Notes under the pieces: generated by a model
What the model was told of the DNA's origin: nothing
The model's input: only the letters and a program-made list of their open reading frames with translations
The model's database searches: none
Assembly (NCBI GenBank): GCA_965217185.1
Contig: OZ244252.1
Location: 96,001-160,000, forward strand
Source of the DNA: an uncultured Candidatus Entotheonella sp.
Lineage (GTDB): Bacteria; Tectomicrobia; Entotheonellia; Entotheonellales; Entotheonellaceae
DNA length: 64,000 nt
Reading direction: 5' to 3'
Part shown: positions 38,241 through 48,075 of the stretch, piece by piece
How the letters are laid out: every line of letters begins with the position of its first letter
How positions within the stretch are numbered: the first letter of the stretch is position 1
Made by a program: the position numbers and the translations under genes

Positions 38241-39140
38241 ATGGACGCGCTGAGAATTGAGGAAGACCTGTCAGGCTTGCGCCAGCCGCATCTGCTGTTG
38301 ACCTTCTCGGGCTGGAGCGATGCCGCCGGGGTTGCCACCGCGGCGGGCCGTTTTCTGGTCGAGCACTTGGAAGCGGAACGCGTTGCCCAGATTGACCCGG
38401 AGGATTTCTACAGCTTCGCCGATCAGCGGCCGCAGGCGCAGTACAATGACAACGATCAGCGAGAGATTATCTGGCCGGCGAACGAGTTCTTTCTCAGCCG
38501 CCAGCCACAGCTTGAGCACGACGTGATTATCGGAGTCGGCGTCGAGCCGCACCTCAAGTGGCGCACGTTTACCGACCTGATGATGGACCTGACGCAGCGT
38601 TGCAACGTGTTCCAGACCGTCACCCTGGGCGCGCTGTGGGCGGACGTGCTGTATTCGGCGCCGGTGCGGTTTTCCGGCTCGGCGACCGATCCCGAACTGT
38701 CGCACGCGCTGGGCCTGGGCACCGGCTCGCGCTACGAGGGGCCCACGGGGATGATTGGCGTCTTGCACGACAAGCTGCGCCGCAGTCAATTCACCTCGGC
38801 CAGCCTTTGGGCCAACATGCCGTACTACATTTCCGTTACGCCAAACCCCAAGGGCATGCTCGCCCTGGTGCGGCGCGGACTGGAGATCATTGGGTTGCCG
38901 GCGGACTTCCCGGACCTGGAAGAGGAAACGCGGGAGTTTGAAGAGCGGGTTGCCGAAGCAATCGCCCAGGACCCCAAGATCGCCGCCCACGTGAAAAAGC
39001 TCGAACGCCAGCAGGCACGCGCCGATTCGGGGTCTCTGTTGTTGCCGGAGGACGTTGTCAGCGGCGACGACCTGGCCGCCGAACTGCAGCGCTACCTGCG
39101 CGAGCAGCGCGGCGAGTCGGAGGAATCGGAGGGAGAATAG
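38241..39140 (+). CDS. PAC2-family (proteasome assembly chaperone-like) protein
   Basis: AAGGAGG RBS. FSGWSDA, IDPEDFY, EPHLKW, YEGPTG, WANMPYY, NPK. Confidence 0.88.
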   Translation: MDALRIEEDLSGLRQPHLLLTFSGWSDAAGVATAAGRFLVEHLEAERVAQIDPEDFYSFADQRPQAQYNDNDQREIIWPANEFFLSRQPQLEHDVIIGVGVEPHLKWRTFTDLMMDLTQRCNVFQTVTLGALWADVLYSAPVRFSGSATDPELSHALGLGTGSRYEGPTGMIGVLHDKLRRSQFTSASLWANMPYYISVTPNPKGMLALVRRGLEIIGLPADFPDLEEETREFEERVAEAIAQDPKIAAHVKKLERQQARADSGSLLLPEDVVSGDDLAAELQRYLREQRGESEESEGE

Positions 39141-39149
39141 GCACGCGGC

Positions 39150-40250
39150 CTATCTGACGACTTGCACCTTTTCCCGTTCCACCAAAGCCCAGTCGATCTC
39201 ATACCCCAGGCCCGGCTTCTCGGGCGCATAGACGTATCCCTGATCATCTACCTCGATGTCCTCCACCAGCGCGAACTTGTTGGCGCCGCTGGACGGGAAC
39301 ACCTCGTAATAGTCGCAGTTGGGGATGGCCATGGTGACGTGCAGGTTGGCGACGTTGTTGAGCGAATTGCCGCCGTGGTGAATCTCGCACTTCATGCGGA
39401 ACGCCTCCGCCATGTGGGCGATTTTGACCAGCGGGGTGATGCCGCCCGTCACCGCCACGTCGCCGCGCAGAATGTCGGTGGCCATTTGCTGCACCCATTG
39501 CGCCATGCCGTACAGGCGGCCGGGGGCGTACTCGGTGGACATGATGGGAATGTCCAGTTTGTTGTGCAGCTTGACGTAGTTGTAGATGTCTTCCTCGACG
39601 AGCGGATCTTCGTACCAGAAATAATTCAGCGCCTCGATGGCGCGGCCCACCCGCATGGCGTCTTCATAGCCGTAGGCCCACATGGAGTCCAGCATCAGCA
39701 CCATGTCGTCGCCGACGGCGCGGCGCACTTCCTGGCAAATTTTGATGTCGTTTTGGGGCACACCGTGGGGGTGAATCTTGTAAGCGGGCCATCCCAGGGA
39801 CTGAAAGTGACAGGCTTCCTCGCCGTAGGCTTCGGGGGTTGGCAGCCAGGCCGAACTGGCATAGGCCGGCACGCGGTCGCGGCAGGTTCCCAGCAGACGG
39901 TGGATGGGCAGGCCGGCCACCTTGCCGGCGATGTCCCACAGGGCGACGTCCACCGCGCCGATGGAATTGGTGGACACGGAGCGGTTCATCTTCCACATGC
40001 ACTGCCAGATGGCGCCGCTGTCCAAGGGGTTGGCGCCCATGATGGCCGGCTTGATGAATTCCATCAGCGGCCCCGCGTGCGCGTCGGCGCCCTGCCGCGA
40101 GGAGCCGAGAAAGGCGTGTCCCTCGACGCCTTCGTCGGTATGCACCGTCAATACGCCCAAAAGCCTGGTGCCCCCGAAAGAACCGCTTCCCGTCTGCCAT
40201 TGGGCACTGTGCCAGTTAAACATGGTGACGCTCACGTCGGTAATTTTCAC
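39150..40250 (-). CDS. Mandelate racemase/muconate-lactonizing enzyme family (enolase superfamily)
   Basis: DVALWDIAGK, YKIH, LMLD, WYEDP, GGIT, EIH. Confidence 0.9.
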   Translation of the reverse strand: MKITDVSVTMFNWHSAQWQTGSGSFGGTRLLGVLTVHTDEGVEGHAFLGSSRQGADAHAGPLMEFIKPAIMGANPLDSGAIWQCMWKMNRSVSTNSIGAVDVALWDIAGKVAGLPIHRLLGTCRDRVPAYASSAWLPTPEAYGEEACHFQSLGWPAYKIHPHGVPQNDIKICQEVRRAVGDDMVLMLDSMWAYGYEDAMRVGRAIEALNYFWYEDPLVEEDIYNYVKLHNKLDIPIMSTEYAPGRLYGMAQWVQQMATDILRGDVAVTGGITPLVKIAHMAEAFRMKCEIHHGGNSLNNVANLHVTMAIPNCDYYEVFPSSGANKFALVEDIEVDDQGYVYAPEKPGLGYEIDWALVEREKVQVVR

Positions 40251-40380
40251 GCCTCGCCTCCTTGCGACGAACGGTTCGCATTCGTAGTTGAACTGAGGGT
40301 TTGAGAAGAGCGGACATCATAGCCGAAGGATCCGCCGCTTGCCAGACGGCGGCTTGGCCCGGCGCCAGCGAAAGGCGGCC

Positions 40381-41352
40381 ATGATGGATCAGTCGAATAC
40401 CCCTGTTTCTCCCATTCGCGTCGGTGTTTCCGCCTGCCTGCTGGGGCAACGGGTGCGCTACGACGGCGGCCACAAGGCCGACCCCTTCATTATCGAGACG
40501 CTAGGGTGGTATTTCTGCTGGGTGCCCGTCTGCCCGGAGATGGAAATCGGTCTCGGCACGCCGCGGGAGCCGATACGCTTGGAGGGCGAGGTGTTGGCAC
40601 CGAGCCTTATTGCCATAGAGTCGGGGCATGACCACACGGCGGGCATGCAACGCTTTGCGGCGCAGCGCGTGCCGCAGCTCGCCGAGTTGGGGCTGCACGG
40701 CTACATCCTGAAAAAGAATTCGCCGTCGTGCGGTATGACGGGCGTGCGGGTGTACGGCTCGTCGGGCAGGCCGCGTCGCAGTGGACGGGGCCTGTTCGCC
40801 CGCGCTCTGATGGCGCGGCTGCCGTTGCTACCGGTGGAGGAGGAAGGCCGCCTGCAGGAACCGGGGCTGCAGGAGCATTTCATCGAGCAGGTGTATGCCT
40901 ACCACCGCTGGTGTGGATTCCTGGCGTCGAACCCAGAGCCGCACGACGTGGTGCAGTTCCACATGCGCAGCAAGCTGTCACTGATGGCGCACAGCAGGTC
41001 GCATTATCAAACGCTCGGACGCATGGTGGCGCGGTGCGGCGAGGGGCTGGACGAGGATTTTCTGGGCGCTTACGGCGATCTGTTCATGGCTGGGCTGAAG
41101 GTCAGGGCGACCCGCAAGAAGCACGCCAATGTTCTGTCCCACATCCAGGGGTATCTCAAACAGCATCTCAGCAAGCCCGAAAAAGCCGTCTTGACGGCGC
41201 GCATCGACGCTTACCGGCAAGGGCTCGTGCCGCTGACTGCGCCGCTGGACTTGCTACGCGATCACTTCCGGCGTTACCCGTGTCCGTACGTGGAAGCGCA
41301 GACCTATCTGAATCCCTACCCCGACGACCTGATGCGGTTGCTGCACACCTGA
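40381..41352 (+). CDS. DUF523 (2-thiouracil desulfidase-like) plus DUF1722/YbgA fusion
   Basis: VSACLLG..VRYDGGH, VCPE...GLGTPR, KSPSCG-like, FH...K..LMAH, YLNPYP. Confidence 0.88.
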   Translation: MMDQSNTPVSPIRVGVSACLLGQRVRYDGGHKADPFIIETLGWYFCWVPVCPEMEIGLGTPREPIRLEGEVLAPSLIAIESGHDHTAGMQRFAAQRVPQLAELGLHGYILKKNSPSCGMTGVRVYGSSGRPRRSGRGLFARALMARLPLLPVEEEGRLQEPGLQEHFIEQVYAYHRWCGFLASNPEPHDVVQFHMRSKLSLMAHSRSHYQTLGRMVARCGEGLDEDFLGAYGDLFMAGLKVRATRKKHANVLSHIQGYLKQHLSKPEKAVLTARIDAYRQGLVPLTAPLDLLRDHFRRYPCPYVEAQTYLNPYPDDLMRLLHT

Positions 41353-42240
41353 TCAGAGAAAAGACCCGTGGGCGATCATCTTCACGCCGCCGCCGACCGA
41401 CACGGTGATGCCGTCGGCGTCATCGCTCGCCTTGAGGTAGAGCAGGGAAGGGCGGCCAACGGCGTGGCCCTGCTCGACACGAATGTCGATGCGGTCCGCA
41501 CTGAAATAACGGTGCTGCGTCAGATACGCCGCCAGACAGCCGTTGGCGCTGCCGGTGGCCGGATCCTCCGGCACCCCGTAGTAATCCGCGAACACCCGCA
41601 CGCTGAGGTCGTTGCGGCGTTGATACGTTTCGGGGCTGAAGACCAGCAGTGCCTTGGCCTGCGCGTCCGCCAGCAGGGTCAGGCAGCGGTCCCGGTCCAC
41701 CTTGACCTGCTTCAGGGCCGCCAGGTTCTGCAGCGGCACCACGACGAACGGCAGGCCGGTGGACACTTCCTGAACCGGGAAGCGCGTATCCAGCGCGGCG
41801 GCGTCGAGACCGAGCACCGGTGCCAGGGACTCAGGAGCGAACGTCGCGCCAAACACCGGCGCCGGCTGCCGCATCCACAGAATGTCCGGGTCTTCCAGCA
41901 GGTATGTAAAGGTGACCGGAATTGGGCCGACCGGCAGATTGAGGGTGAGGGTGTCCACGGGCGTCTTGACGATTTCCTGCTGGATCACGAACGCCGTGCC
42001 CAGCGTCGGGTGACCGGCAAAGGGAACCTCTGCCTCAGGGGTGAAAATGCGCACGTCGTAACCCCCGCCGCGCGGCTCGCGGGACAGCAGAAAGGTGCTC
42101 TCCGAGAAGTGCATCTCCTTGGCGAGCCGCTGCATGTCCGAGCCGGAAAGCGCAGCGGCCTCGGTAAACACGGCAAGCTGGTTGCCGGCGTATTTCTCCT
42201 CCGCGAATACGTCCACAATGAAGAATGGGATGGTGGCCAT
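41353..42240 (-). CDS. PhzF-family isomerase
   Basis: VDVF, GNQLAV, SESTF, RIFTP..EVPFAGHPTLG, EDPATGSA, EQG...GRPS. Confidence 0.92.
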   Translation of the reverse strand: MATIPFFIVDVFAEEKYAGNQLAVFTEAAALSGSDMQRLAKEMHFSESTFLLSREPRGGGYDVRIFTPEAEVPFAGHPTLGTAFVIQQEIVKTPVDTLTLNLPVGPIPVTFTYLLEDPDILWMRQPAPVFGATFAPESLAPVLGLDAAALDTRFPVQEVSTGLPFVVVPLQNLAALKQVKVDRDRCLTLLADAQAKALLVFSPETYQRRNDLSVRVFADYYGVPEDPATGSANGCLAAYLTQHRYFSADRIDIRVEQGHAVGRPSLLYLKASDDADGITVSVGGGVKMIAHGSFL

Positions 42241-42424
42241 GTGTGGGACTCCCGTGGCGTGTCGGTTGACGGGATTGACGTAGGATTCCGATCCCTTCCT
42301 CTCTACCGCACGGTGGTTGGAAGGAACTGAGTGCTGGCCCCAGCCATCAATAATGTCATTGGTGCCAGCCGCTTTACTTCCAAATTTGTCAATAGTAAGT
42401 TGCATATACGGATATTCGCTATGT

Positions 42425-42450
42425 GTGTCAGGGTGACACGCTACTATAAC
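42425..42450 (+). promoter_or_regulatory. Palindrome GTGTCA-N3-TGACAC next to a -10-like TATAAC
   Basis: Upstream of the GGAGG RBS and ATG at 42488. Confidence 0.4.
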
Positions 42451-42487
42451 GTCAAAGCCTGCAAAATGAACATAACGGAGGATTGCC

Positions 42488-44242
42488 ATGAGCGCCCATT
42501 CCAAAATCGAATGGACCGACGCGACGTGGAACCCTCTGCGCGGTTGCACCAAGATCAGTCCTGGGTGCGCGCACTGTTACGCTGAATCATTCGCCGAGCG
42601 TTTCCGAGGGGTAGTGGGGCACCCCTATGAACAAGGGTTTGACTTGCGTCTTGTTCCTGAAAAATTGTCTGAACCCCTACGTTGGAAAAAGCCCAAGACG
42701 GTATTTGTCAATTCAATGAGCGACCTGTTCCACGAAAAGGTGCCGGACGCCTACATCCAGTTGGTTGTGGACGTGATGACTTTGGCCCCGTGGCATGTCT
42801 TTCAAGTATTGACCAAACGTGCCGACCGAATGAAGCGATTGCTCAGCACTGTTTTGCGACAGGCGGCAGACGCACCGCATATCTGGTGGGGTGTCAGTGT
42901 CGAAAACCGCCGGTACGGGCTACCACGGCTCACCGCCCTACAGCAGACGCCGGCGCGGGTACGATTTTTGTCCATTGAACCCCTGCTGGAGGACCTCGGA
43001 CAGATCGACTTGACCGGGATAGACTGGGTTATCGTCGGAGGGGAAAGCGGCATCGGGGCGCGTCCCATGCAGAAATCCTGGGTGACATCTCTACGCGGTC
43101 AATGCGCCGCGGCCCATGTTCCTTTCTTCTTCAAGCAGTGGGGGGGTGTTCAGAAAGCGAAAACAGGCCGTGCTCTCGACGGGCGATTCCATGATGATCA
43201 GCCACCTCGCCAAGCTCCCATTGTGCCAGGGGAGGCCGGGCGCCGTGCAGCGCTTGCCGCAGTGGAATCTCGCCGCATCATGGCAGGCCGGGATGGACGC
43301 GATCACTTACAGAAAGCGAGGTGGTGTGGTATGTCGAATAAAAACGATGATAAGACTCCCCTCCTGTTTCCACTACCAGAGCCAACATCAGCAGACACTG
43401 AGCCCAGGATAAAACCCCTGTCAGCACCTGTCTGGACGTCCAACAAGGCGTGTCTTATTGAGCGCTATTTGTATTACTTCATCCTCGTTACGAAGCATGG
43501 GACCTACATAGATGGTTTCGCGGGTCCACAAGAACCAGGCAGTGATGAAACGTGGGCTGCAGAACTTGTCCTGGAAAGCGAACCACGACTATTGCGGCAC
43601 TTTCACCTCTTCGACTCCCGTCAAGAACAAATCAGGCATCTATCCGACCTGAAAGAAGCCCAACCGCCGCCAAGGCGTGTGCAGCACCCAGGAAAAAAGG
43701 CATGGATGGAACCGAGGCGGACTATCACTATCCATGAGGGAGACTTCAACCAAGTTTTGCCAGATATTCTGCACGAAGGAACTATCAGGCAAGATAATGA
43801 GGCCATCTTCTGCCTCCTTGATCAACGCACCTTTGAATGCCATTGGGCAACAGTGGAAGCCTTGGCACGTTACAAGACGGCAGGAAACAAAATCGAGTTG
43901 TTCTACTTTTTGCCGAACGCTTGGCTTGGCCGGGCGCTTGCCAATCAAAAGAATGAGGGTCCAGTTTACGACTGGTGGGGCGGCGATGGATGGAAAAGAT
44001 GGCGCACCTTAACACCCGATGAACGCAAGAATTCGTTTGTAAAACGTTTCAAAGATGAATTGGGGTACTGGTCCGTGAAAGCGTGGCCGATTTATGAAAA
44101 GCAAGAAGGCGGAAGGACGATGTACTACATGATCCACGCTACGGATCACCCTGAAGCCCCCTTACTGATGGCACGGGCTTACGCAAATGCGGTAAATCCC
44201 AGAGAGTCGCCGGAGCAGCTTCTACTCGAATTAGGGCTATAA
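42488..44242 (+). CDS. DUF5131 (phage Gp37/Gp68-like, Cx6Cx2C) domain fused in frame to a TcmP-like SAM-methyltransferase-fold domain
   Basis: IEWTDATWNP..GCTKISPGCAHCYA, FVNSMSDLFH, LTKR, WVIVGGESG, FFFKQWGG. Second half WTSNK...YIDGFAGP, EGDFN, LLDQ. Internal RBS and ATG at 43331. Confidence 0.85.
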   Translation: MSAHSKIEWTDATWNPLRGCTKISPGCAHCYAESFAERFRGVVGHPYEQGFDLRLVPEKLSEPLRWKKPKTVFVNSMSDLFHEKVPDAYIQLVVDVMTLAPWHVFQVLTKRADRMKRLLSTVLRQAADAPHIWWGVSVENRRYGLPRLTALQQTPARVRFLSIEPLLEDLGQIDLTGIDWVIVGGESGIGARPMQKSWVTSLRGQCAAAHVPFFFKQWGGVQKAKTGRALDGRFHDDQPPRQAPIVPGEAGRRAALAAVESRRIMAGRDGRDHLQKARWCGMSNKNDDKTPLLFPLPEPTSADTEPRIKPLSAPVWTSNKACLIERYLYYFILVTKHGTYIDGFAGPQEPGSDETWAAELVLESEPRLLRHFHLFDSRQEQIRHLSDLKEAQPPPRRVQHPGKKAWMEPRRTITIHEGDFNQVLPDILHEGTIRQDNEAIFCLLDQRTFECHWATVEALARYKTAGNKIELFYFLPNAWLGRALANQKNEGPVYDWWGGDGWKRWRTLTPDERKNSFVKRFKDELGYWSVKAWPIYEKQEGGRTMYYMIHATDHPEAPLLMARAYANAVNPRESPEQLLLELGL

Positions 44243-44356
44243 AATGGCGACACTGAAGCTATACAACTGACGGTATCTCCTTATCATAGCCCACTGGGGG
44301 CATACGCTTTGGAATGTCCTGTCGCGCCTTGTCCCGCTGCAAGCCTTGCCGCTCAC

Positions 44357-47300
44357 TCAGGCTCCCCTGAACACCTCGCCAACCAACCGCTCCAATTGCG
44401 CAGCGACCCCATGCTCGGCAAGCGCCGAGCGGACCCGCGCGCGTGCCCTCGTAAAGTGCTCGTTTTCCTTCACCTCGACGGCGTTCGCAATCTCTTCCGC
44501 CGTCTTTGCGGCTTGGGCGAGTTCACCATGAAGCGGATTGCCGGCGTCGAACCGGGGAATCGGCAGATTGAACACGTACTTGTCGAAATGCCGCGCTCCC
44601 CATTGACCTTGAACTTGAAACTGTTCAACGCCGGACCGTAGCGCTTCGCTGTTGAGAATGCCGCAGAGATATCTGGCTTCCTCCAGGCTTTCGACGGCGG
44701 CCCAGTAAAGCATGTGGTCAATGATCGCTGTCGATTTCTGAATGGCACACGCCGCAAGATTGGTACCAGCCTTCGTATACACAACGCGGACCGCCGCCGT
44801 CGGAAACTGGCAGGACAGTTTCCCATAGTAATCGCATTGTTCCAGAAAGCTTATTGGGCTTCGCTTGTGCTGCTTCCAAAGCGCCTCGGTCTTTTCGAGC
44901 CATTGCGCAAGCTCCAAATGCCCTCGCTCCCCCGCCGTTTTGGCATCCATCAATTGTTGCCTGGGTGCAACCCTGGTGTGGATGTCCAGATCAAGGTTCG
45001 TTCCGTGCCCCTCTATATCCCAGGGGATGACCGCTTGTTGCGACGTGAGAACACGGAATGGGGCGATAGATTCCCCAAGCAGCACCGGGTACAGGAAATC
45101 CTTCTTGACTCTGCCTCGCGGTGGTTCCACGGTTTTCCAAGGTTCTTTGTCCTGCGCTCCCGTTCGCCCGCGAATCATCGGAATCTCGGGATTGGGCGGC
45201 AGCACTCCCGGCATCGGCGCCGGTTCAACGAGAACCAGACGCCGAGGAAAAAGGGTTGCGCCATTACGAAATACACTTCGATAGGGTGAGCCGTCTTGAT
45301 TGGAGGCTTCCGCGGGCCAAGGCGCTGTCGTTGCGCTCAGATGCGCGTCCGCTTCCTGTGCGCTGGCATTGCGTCTCGGCAACGTTCCGGCAAATGCCTG
45401 CACCTGAGCAGGCAACGACGCAGCCGCCGAAGCGTCATGAACCTCGGCGAACAACACGCAACTCGGCACCGGGAAGAGCGGTTGCACCGCCGGTCCGAAT
45501 GTCCATGCCTCGGTGAAGCGCAGCCGAAACTCGACGTGACCGGAGCGTTTTACTTCGCCCTTACGGAACAACGCCCAGGCTTGGCGTGACAGCGCGGCGT
45601 ATGGCATGACCAAGGCAATCCGCCCCGTACGGCGCAGATACAACAACGCCGCCCGCACGTGGAAATAGCCTGCAAGGTCCTGCTGGGTCGCCACCTTGCC
45701 GCCCACCCAGAGCCCGGCGGCTTGGCATTCGTTTCGGAAGCGTTTCTTGAACTCCCCGCTCATGAACCGATAGGACACCCAGGGCGGGTTGCCGATCACG
45801 ACGTCGGCCTTCTGAGCCTCGGAAGCCAACCAGACGGGCCGGGGGGCCAGATTGCGGGCCACGTATCCCCAGATGTGATTGCGACCCTCCCCTTGCAAGC
45901 GGCGCATCACGCCGTAGGTCTCTCGAAGAACAAGCCTGTCCGCAGGCGAGGCGACTCTCTCCCGGTCCATCCAGGCGGAGAAATTGGCCGGCGGCTCCGG
46001 GCGCTCGCCAAAGTGGATCATGTTGTTGAGGATGCGGTCGAAAAGCAGGGCGTCGGCGGCAACCGCGGTGGGAAAACGCAGCGTCGCCGGGGGCAGGCGT
46101 TGCGGCTCCGGCTCCGTCACCTCAATGGCAGGAACGAATATCTCCAGCATCTCGTCACTGGCAAGGAAGTCGGGCTGGTCGCCTTTTTCGGCAGGCTGTG
46201 TCAAATCCCATTGCAGGGCGTTGCCCAGATAGACCGGCAACGCAATATCGCCCGGATGTTTCTGGCGCAGCGCCGGCATGAGCGCCAGCAGGTAGGTGAC
46301 CCGTGCGAAGATGACGGCAACGGGGTGAATGTCGATCCCGGCGATCTTTTCGACCGCCTTGCGCGCCGCTGCCACTGGTGACAGGCCCGCGGCATCCGCC
46401 GCGCCGAGCACGGCACGCACCAGATGGAACAGGAACGTGCCCGAGCCACAGGCCGGGTCCATCACACGTTGCTCAAGTGGGGAATCTACGGTAGCCGCCA
46501 CCATGCGGGCGGCGAGCCAATCCGGGGTGTAGTACTCGCCGAGGTCATGACGGGTTTCGGGGTCGATCAGGCTTTCGTAAAGGGCTTTGAGGATATCCAT
46601 GCGGATATCCTGCAAGCGGAACCGGTTGACGTGCCGCGAAATCCGCAGCACCAAGTCCTTGCCGGCAGCGTCGGCCAGCGGCCAGTCGAAGAAATCCGGC
46701 TCGCTCTGTCCGCTGATCCCGGCGTCCGTGAACGCGGCGCCGTGAAGCAGGGCCTCAGCGTCCTGCGCCGGGGTCTCGATCAACGCTGCCCAGGCAACTG
46801 CCTTGGCAATTACGGCAAGGTAGGTATGTTGCAGGAATAGGGCGTCGTCACTGACTTGAGCGCCATAGGCAAGGCCCAGAAGGTTTTCCCATAGGTGCCG
46901 CTTCAAGAGCGCTTCCGGCGCGGCGCCGAGAGCGGCCCAGAGTCTGCCGAGGTCATCGAGGGCGCGCCGGGCGGCCAGGCTGTTGCGCCCGAACTCGCGC
47001 GTGATGGTGTCCGGATCGGGCAGCAAGCTGTCGCCGACGGCTACGGCGCCCTGCAACCAAGCCAACAACTCTTGAGGAGCCGACGGGTCCGTGCGGCGGG
47101 CGTTGACTTCAACGACGTGGTCGTTCTTGAGAAAGTAGGCGATGAAGTCGGCGCCGTCGGTGGCGATGCCGACATACCGCTCGCCGGTTTGGCCCTCGCG
47201 TTCCGTGAGGTATCGCGTTAGCCCTTCTTCAGCGTCCCTGCGTTCGCGGTTCAGATCGGACTTCAACTCGAACACGGTCCGGCCGAGCAGGGCGTCGATA

Positions 47301-47461
47301 CGTCCATGGACTTCGGGTACTGACTTCTCAAAGTCGATGTCCCGGCTGTCAGCGCCGAGCCCATCGACAAGAAGGCGGTGGAGCAACGCACGGACTTTTT
47401 CGTGACCGGGCCGGGTCGCCAGTTCCAAAACCAGTTCGGCCCTTTCTTCGGGCGTCAGCAC
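44357..47461 (-). CDS. Single-chain type IIG/IIL-like restriction-modification enzyme (REase, N6-MTase, TRD)
   Basis: RID...VFELKS nuclease, LGEYYTP, DPACGSGTF, IGNPPW, C-terminal TRD-like region. Confidence 0.88.
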   Translation of the reverse strand: MLTPEERAELVLELATRPGHEKVRALLHRLLVDGLGADSRDIDFEKSVPEVHGRIDALLGRTVFELKSDLNRERRDAEEGLTRYLTEREGQTGERYVGIATDGADFIAYFLKNDHVVEVNARRTDPSAPQELLAWLQGAVAVGDSLLPDPDTITREFGRNSLAARRALDDLGRLWAALGAAPEALLKRHLWENLLGLAYGAQVSDDALFLQHTYLAVIAKAVAWAALIETPAQDAEALLHGAAFTDAGISGQSEPDFFDWPLADAAGKDLVLRISRHVNRFRLQDIRMDILKALYESLIDPETRHDLGEYYTPDWLAARMVAATVDSPLEQRVMDPACGSGTFLFHLVRAVLGAADAAGLSPVAAARKAVEKIAGIDIHPVAVIFARVTYLLALMPALRQKHPGDIALPVYLGNALQWDLTQPAEKGDQPDFLASDEMLEIFVPAIEVTEPEPQRLPPATLRFPTAVAADALLFDRILNNMIHFGERPEPPANFSAWMDRERVASPADRLVLRETYGVMRRLQGEGRNHIWGYVARNLAPRPVWLASEAQKADVVIGNPPWVSYRFMSGEFKKRFRNECQAAGLWVGGKVATQQDLAGYFHVRAALLYLRRTGRIALVMPYAALSRQAWALFRKGEVKRSGHVEFRLRFTEAWTFGPAVQPLFPVPSCVLFAEVHDASAAASLPAQVQAFAGTLPRRNASAQEADAHLSATTAPWPAEASNQDGSPYRSVFRNGATLFPRRLVLVEPAPMPGVLPPNPEIPMIRGRTGAQDKEPWKTVEPPRGRVKKDFLYPVLLGESIAPFRVLTSQQAVIPWDIEGHGTNLDLDIHTRVAPRQQLMDAKTAGERGHLELAQWLEKTEALWKQHKRSPISFLEQCDYYGKLSCQFPTAAVRVVYTKAGTNLAACAIQKSTAIIDHMLYWAAVESLEEARYLCGILNSEALRSGVEQFQVQGQWGARHFDKYVFNLPIPRFDAGNPLHGELAQAAKTAEEIANAVEVKENEHFTRARARVRSALAEHGVAAQLERLVGEVFRGA

Positions 47462-47652
47462 GTAAATTCCTCAGTGTAGGGCTACCGATCCGATAGCGTT
47501 ACACCAGCGTACAGTTTTGGGGGCAACCGGTAACCGGCATGCTCGCCGGGGCAATCTACTATTGATAAACAGGGAAGTAAATTGCGTGTGTCTGCGGCCC
47601 TGCCGGAGTCAGGGCGAGCGCATATGAGAGTTGCCACGCGTTCGAACGTGAA

Positions 47653-47742
47653 TGTAGGTTGGGTTAGCCGCAGGCGTAACCCGACGTTCCGACGCGCTGT
47701 CCCCCGATTTTGTCGGATTACGCTTCGCTAATCCGACCTACA
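47653..47742. repeat. Inverted pair of GTAG-type REP elements (REPIN-like)
   Basis: tgtaggttgggttagccgcaggcgtaacccgac ... ttgtcggattacgcttcgctaatccgacctaca. Confidence 0.8.
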
Positions 47743-47760
47743 GCTACAGCTGCCGGGACG

Positions 47761-47818
47761 TCATGTCGGGCTTGACCCCGGATCAAGTCCGGGGTGACGT
47801 TCTTTCGCCGGAATGACG
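47761..47818. repeat. GTCATTCCGG-type palindromic repeat
   Basis: Contains gaccccggatcaagtccggggt and cgccggaatgac. Related to 56891-56917. Confidence 0.6.
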
Positions 47819-47890
47819 CTACGCCGGATGGCGCCATATGCGCTTACCCTGTTGCCGGAGTGTCGGCAAGCCCCCGAAGGACGCTCCGCG

Positions 47891-48025
47891 TTCACCCCGC
47901 CGCCGACCGACACGGTGATGCCATCGGCGTCATTGCTCCCCTTGAGGTAGAGCAGGGAAGGGAGCCCAACGGCGTGGCCTTGCTCGACACCAATGTCGAT
48001 GCGGTCCGAACCGACATAACGGTGC
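47891..48025 (-). pseudogene. Diverged duplicate fragment of the phzF-family gene 3' end
   Basis: Ungapped direct repeat of 41381-41515, with 11 mismatches in 135 nt by hand count. Confidence 0.92.
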
Positions 48026-48075
48026 CGCGGGAACTCCCGGAGAACCATCAGTCGAAAGGTTCGGTGCTGGTTCTA

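Noticed and set aside
41353..42240. Phenazine biosynthesis cluster
   Set aside because: Only a lone PhzF-family gene is present, with no other phz genes.
45841..45846. G6 tract in the type IIG-like gene as a phase-variation switch
   Set aside because: The frame is intact and six G is unremarkable in GC-rich DNA.
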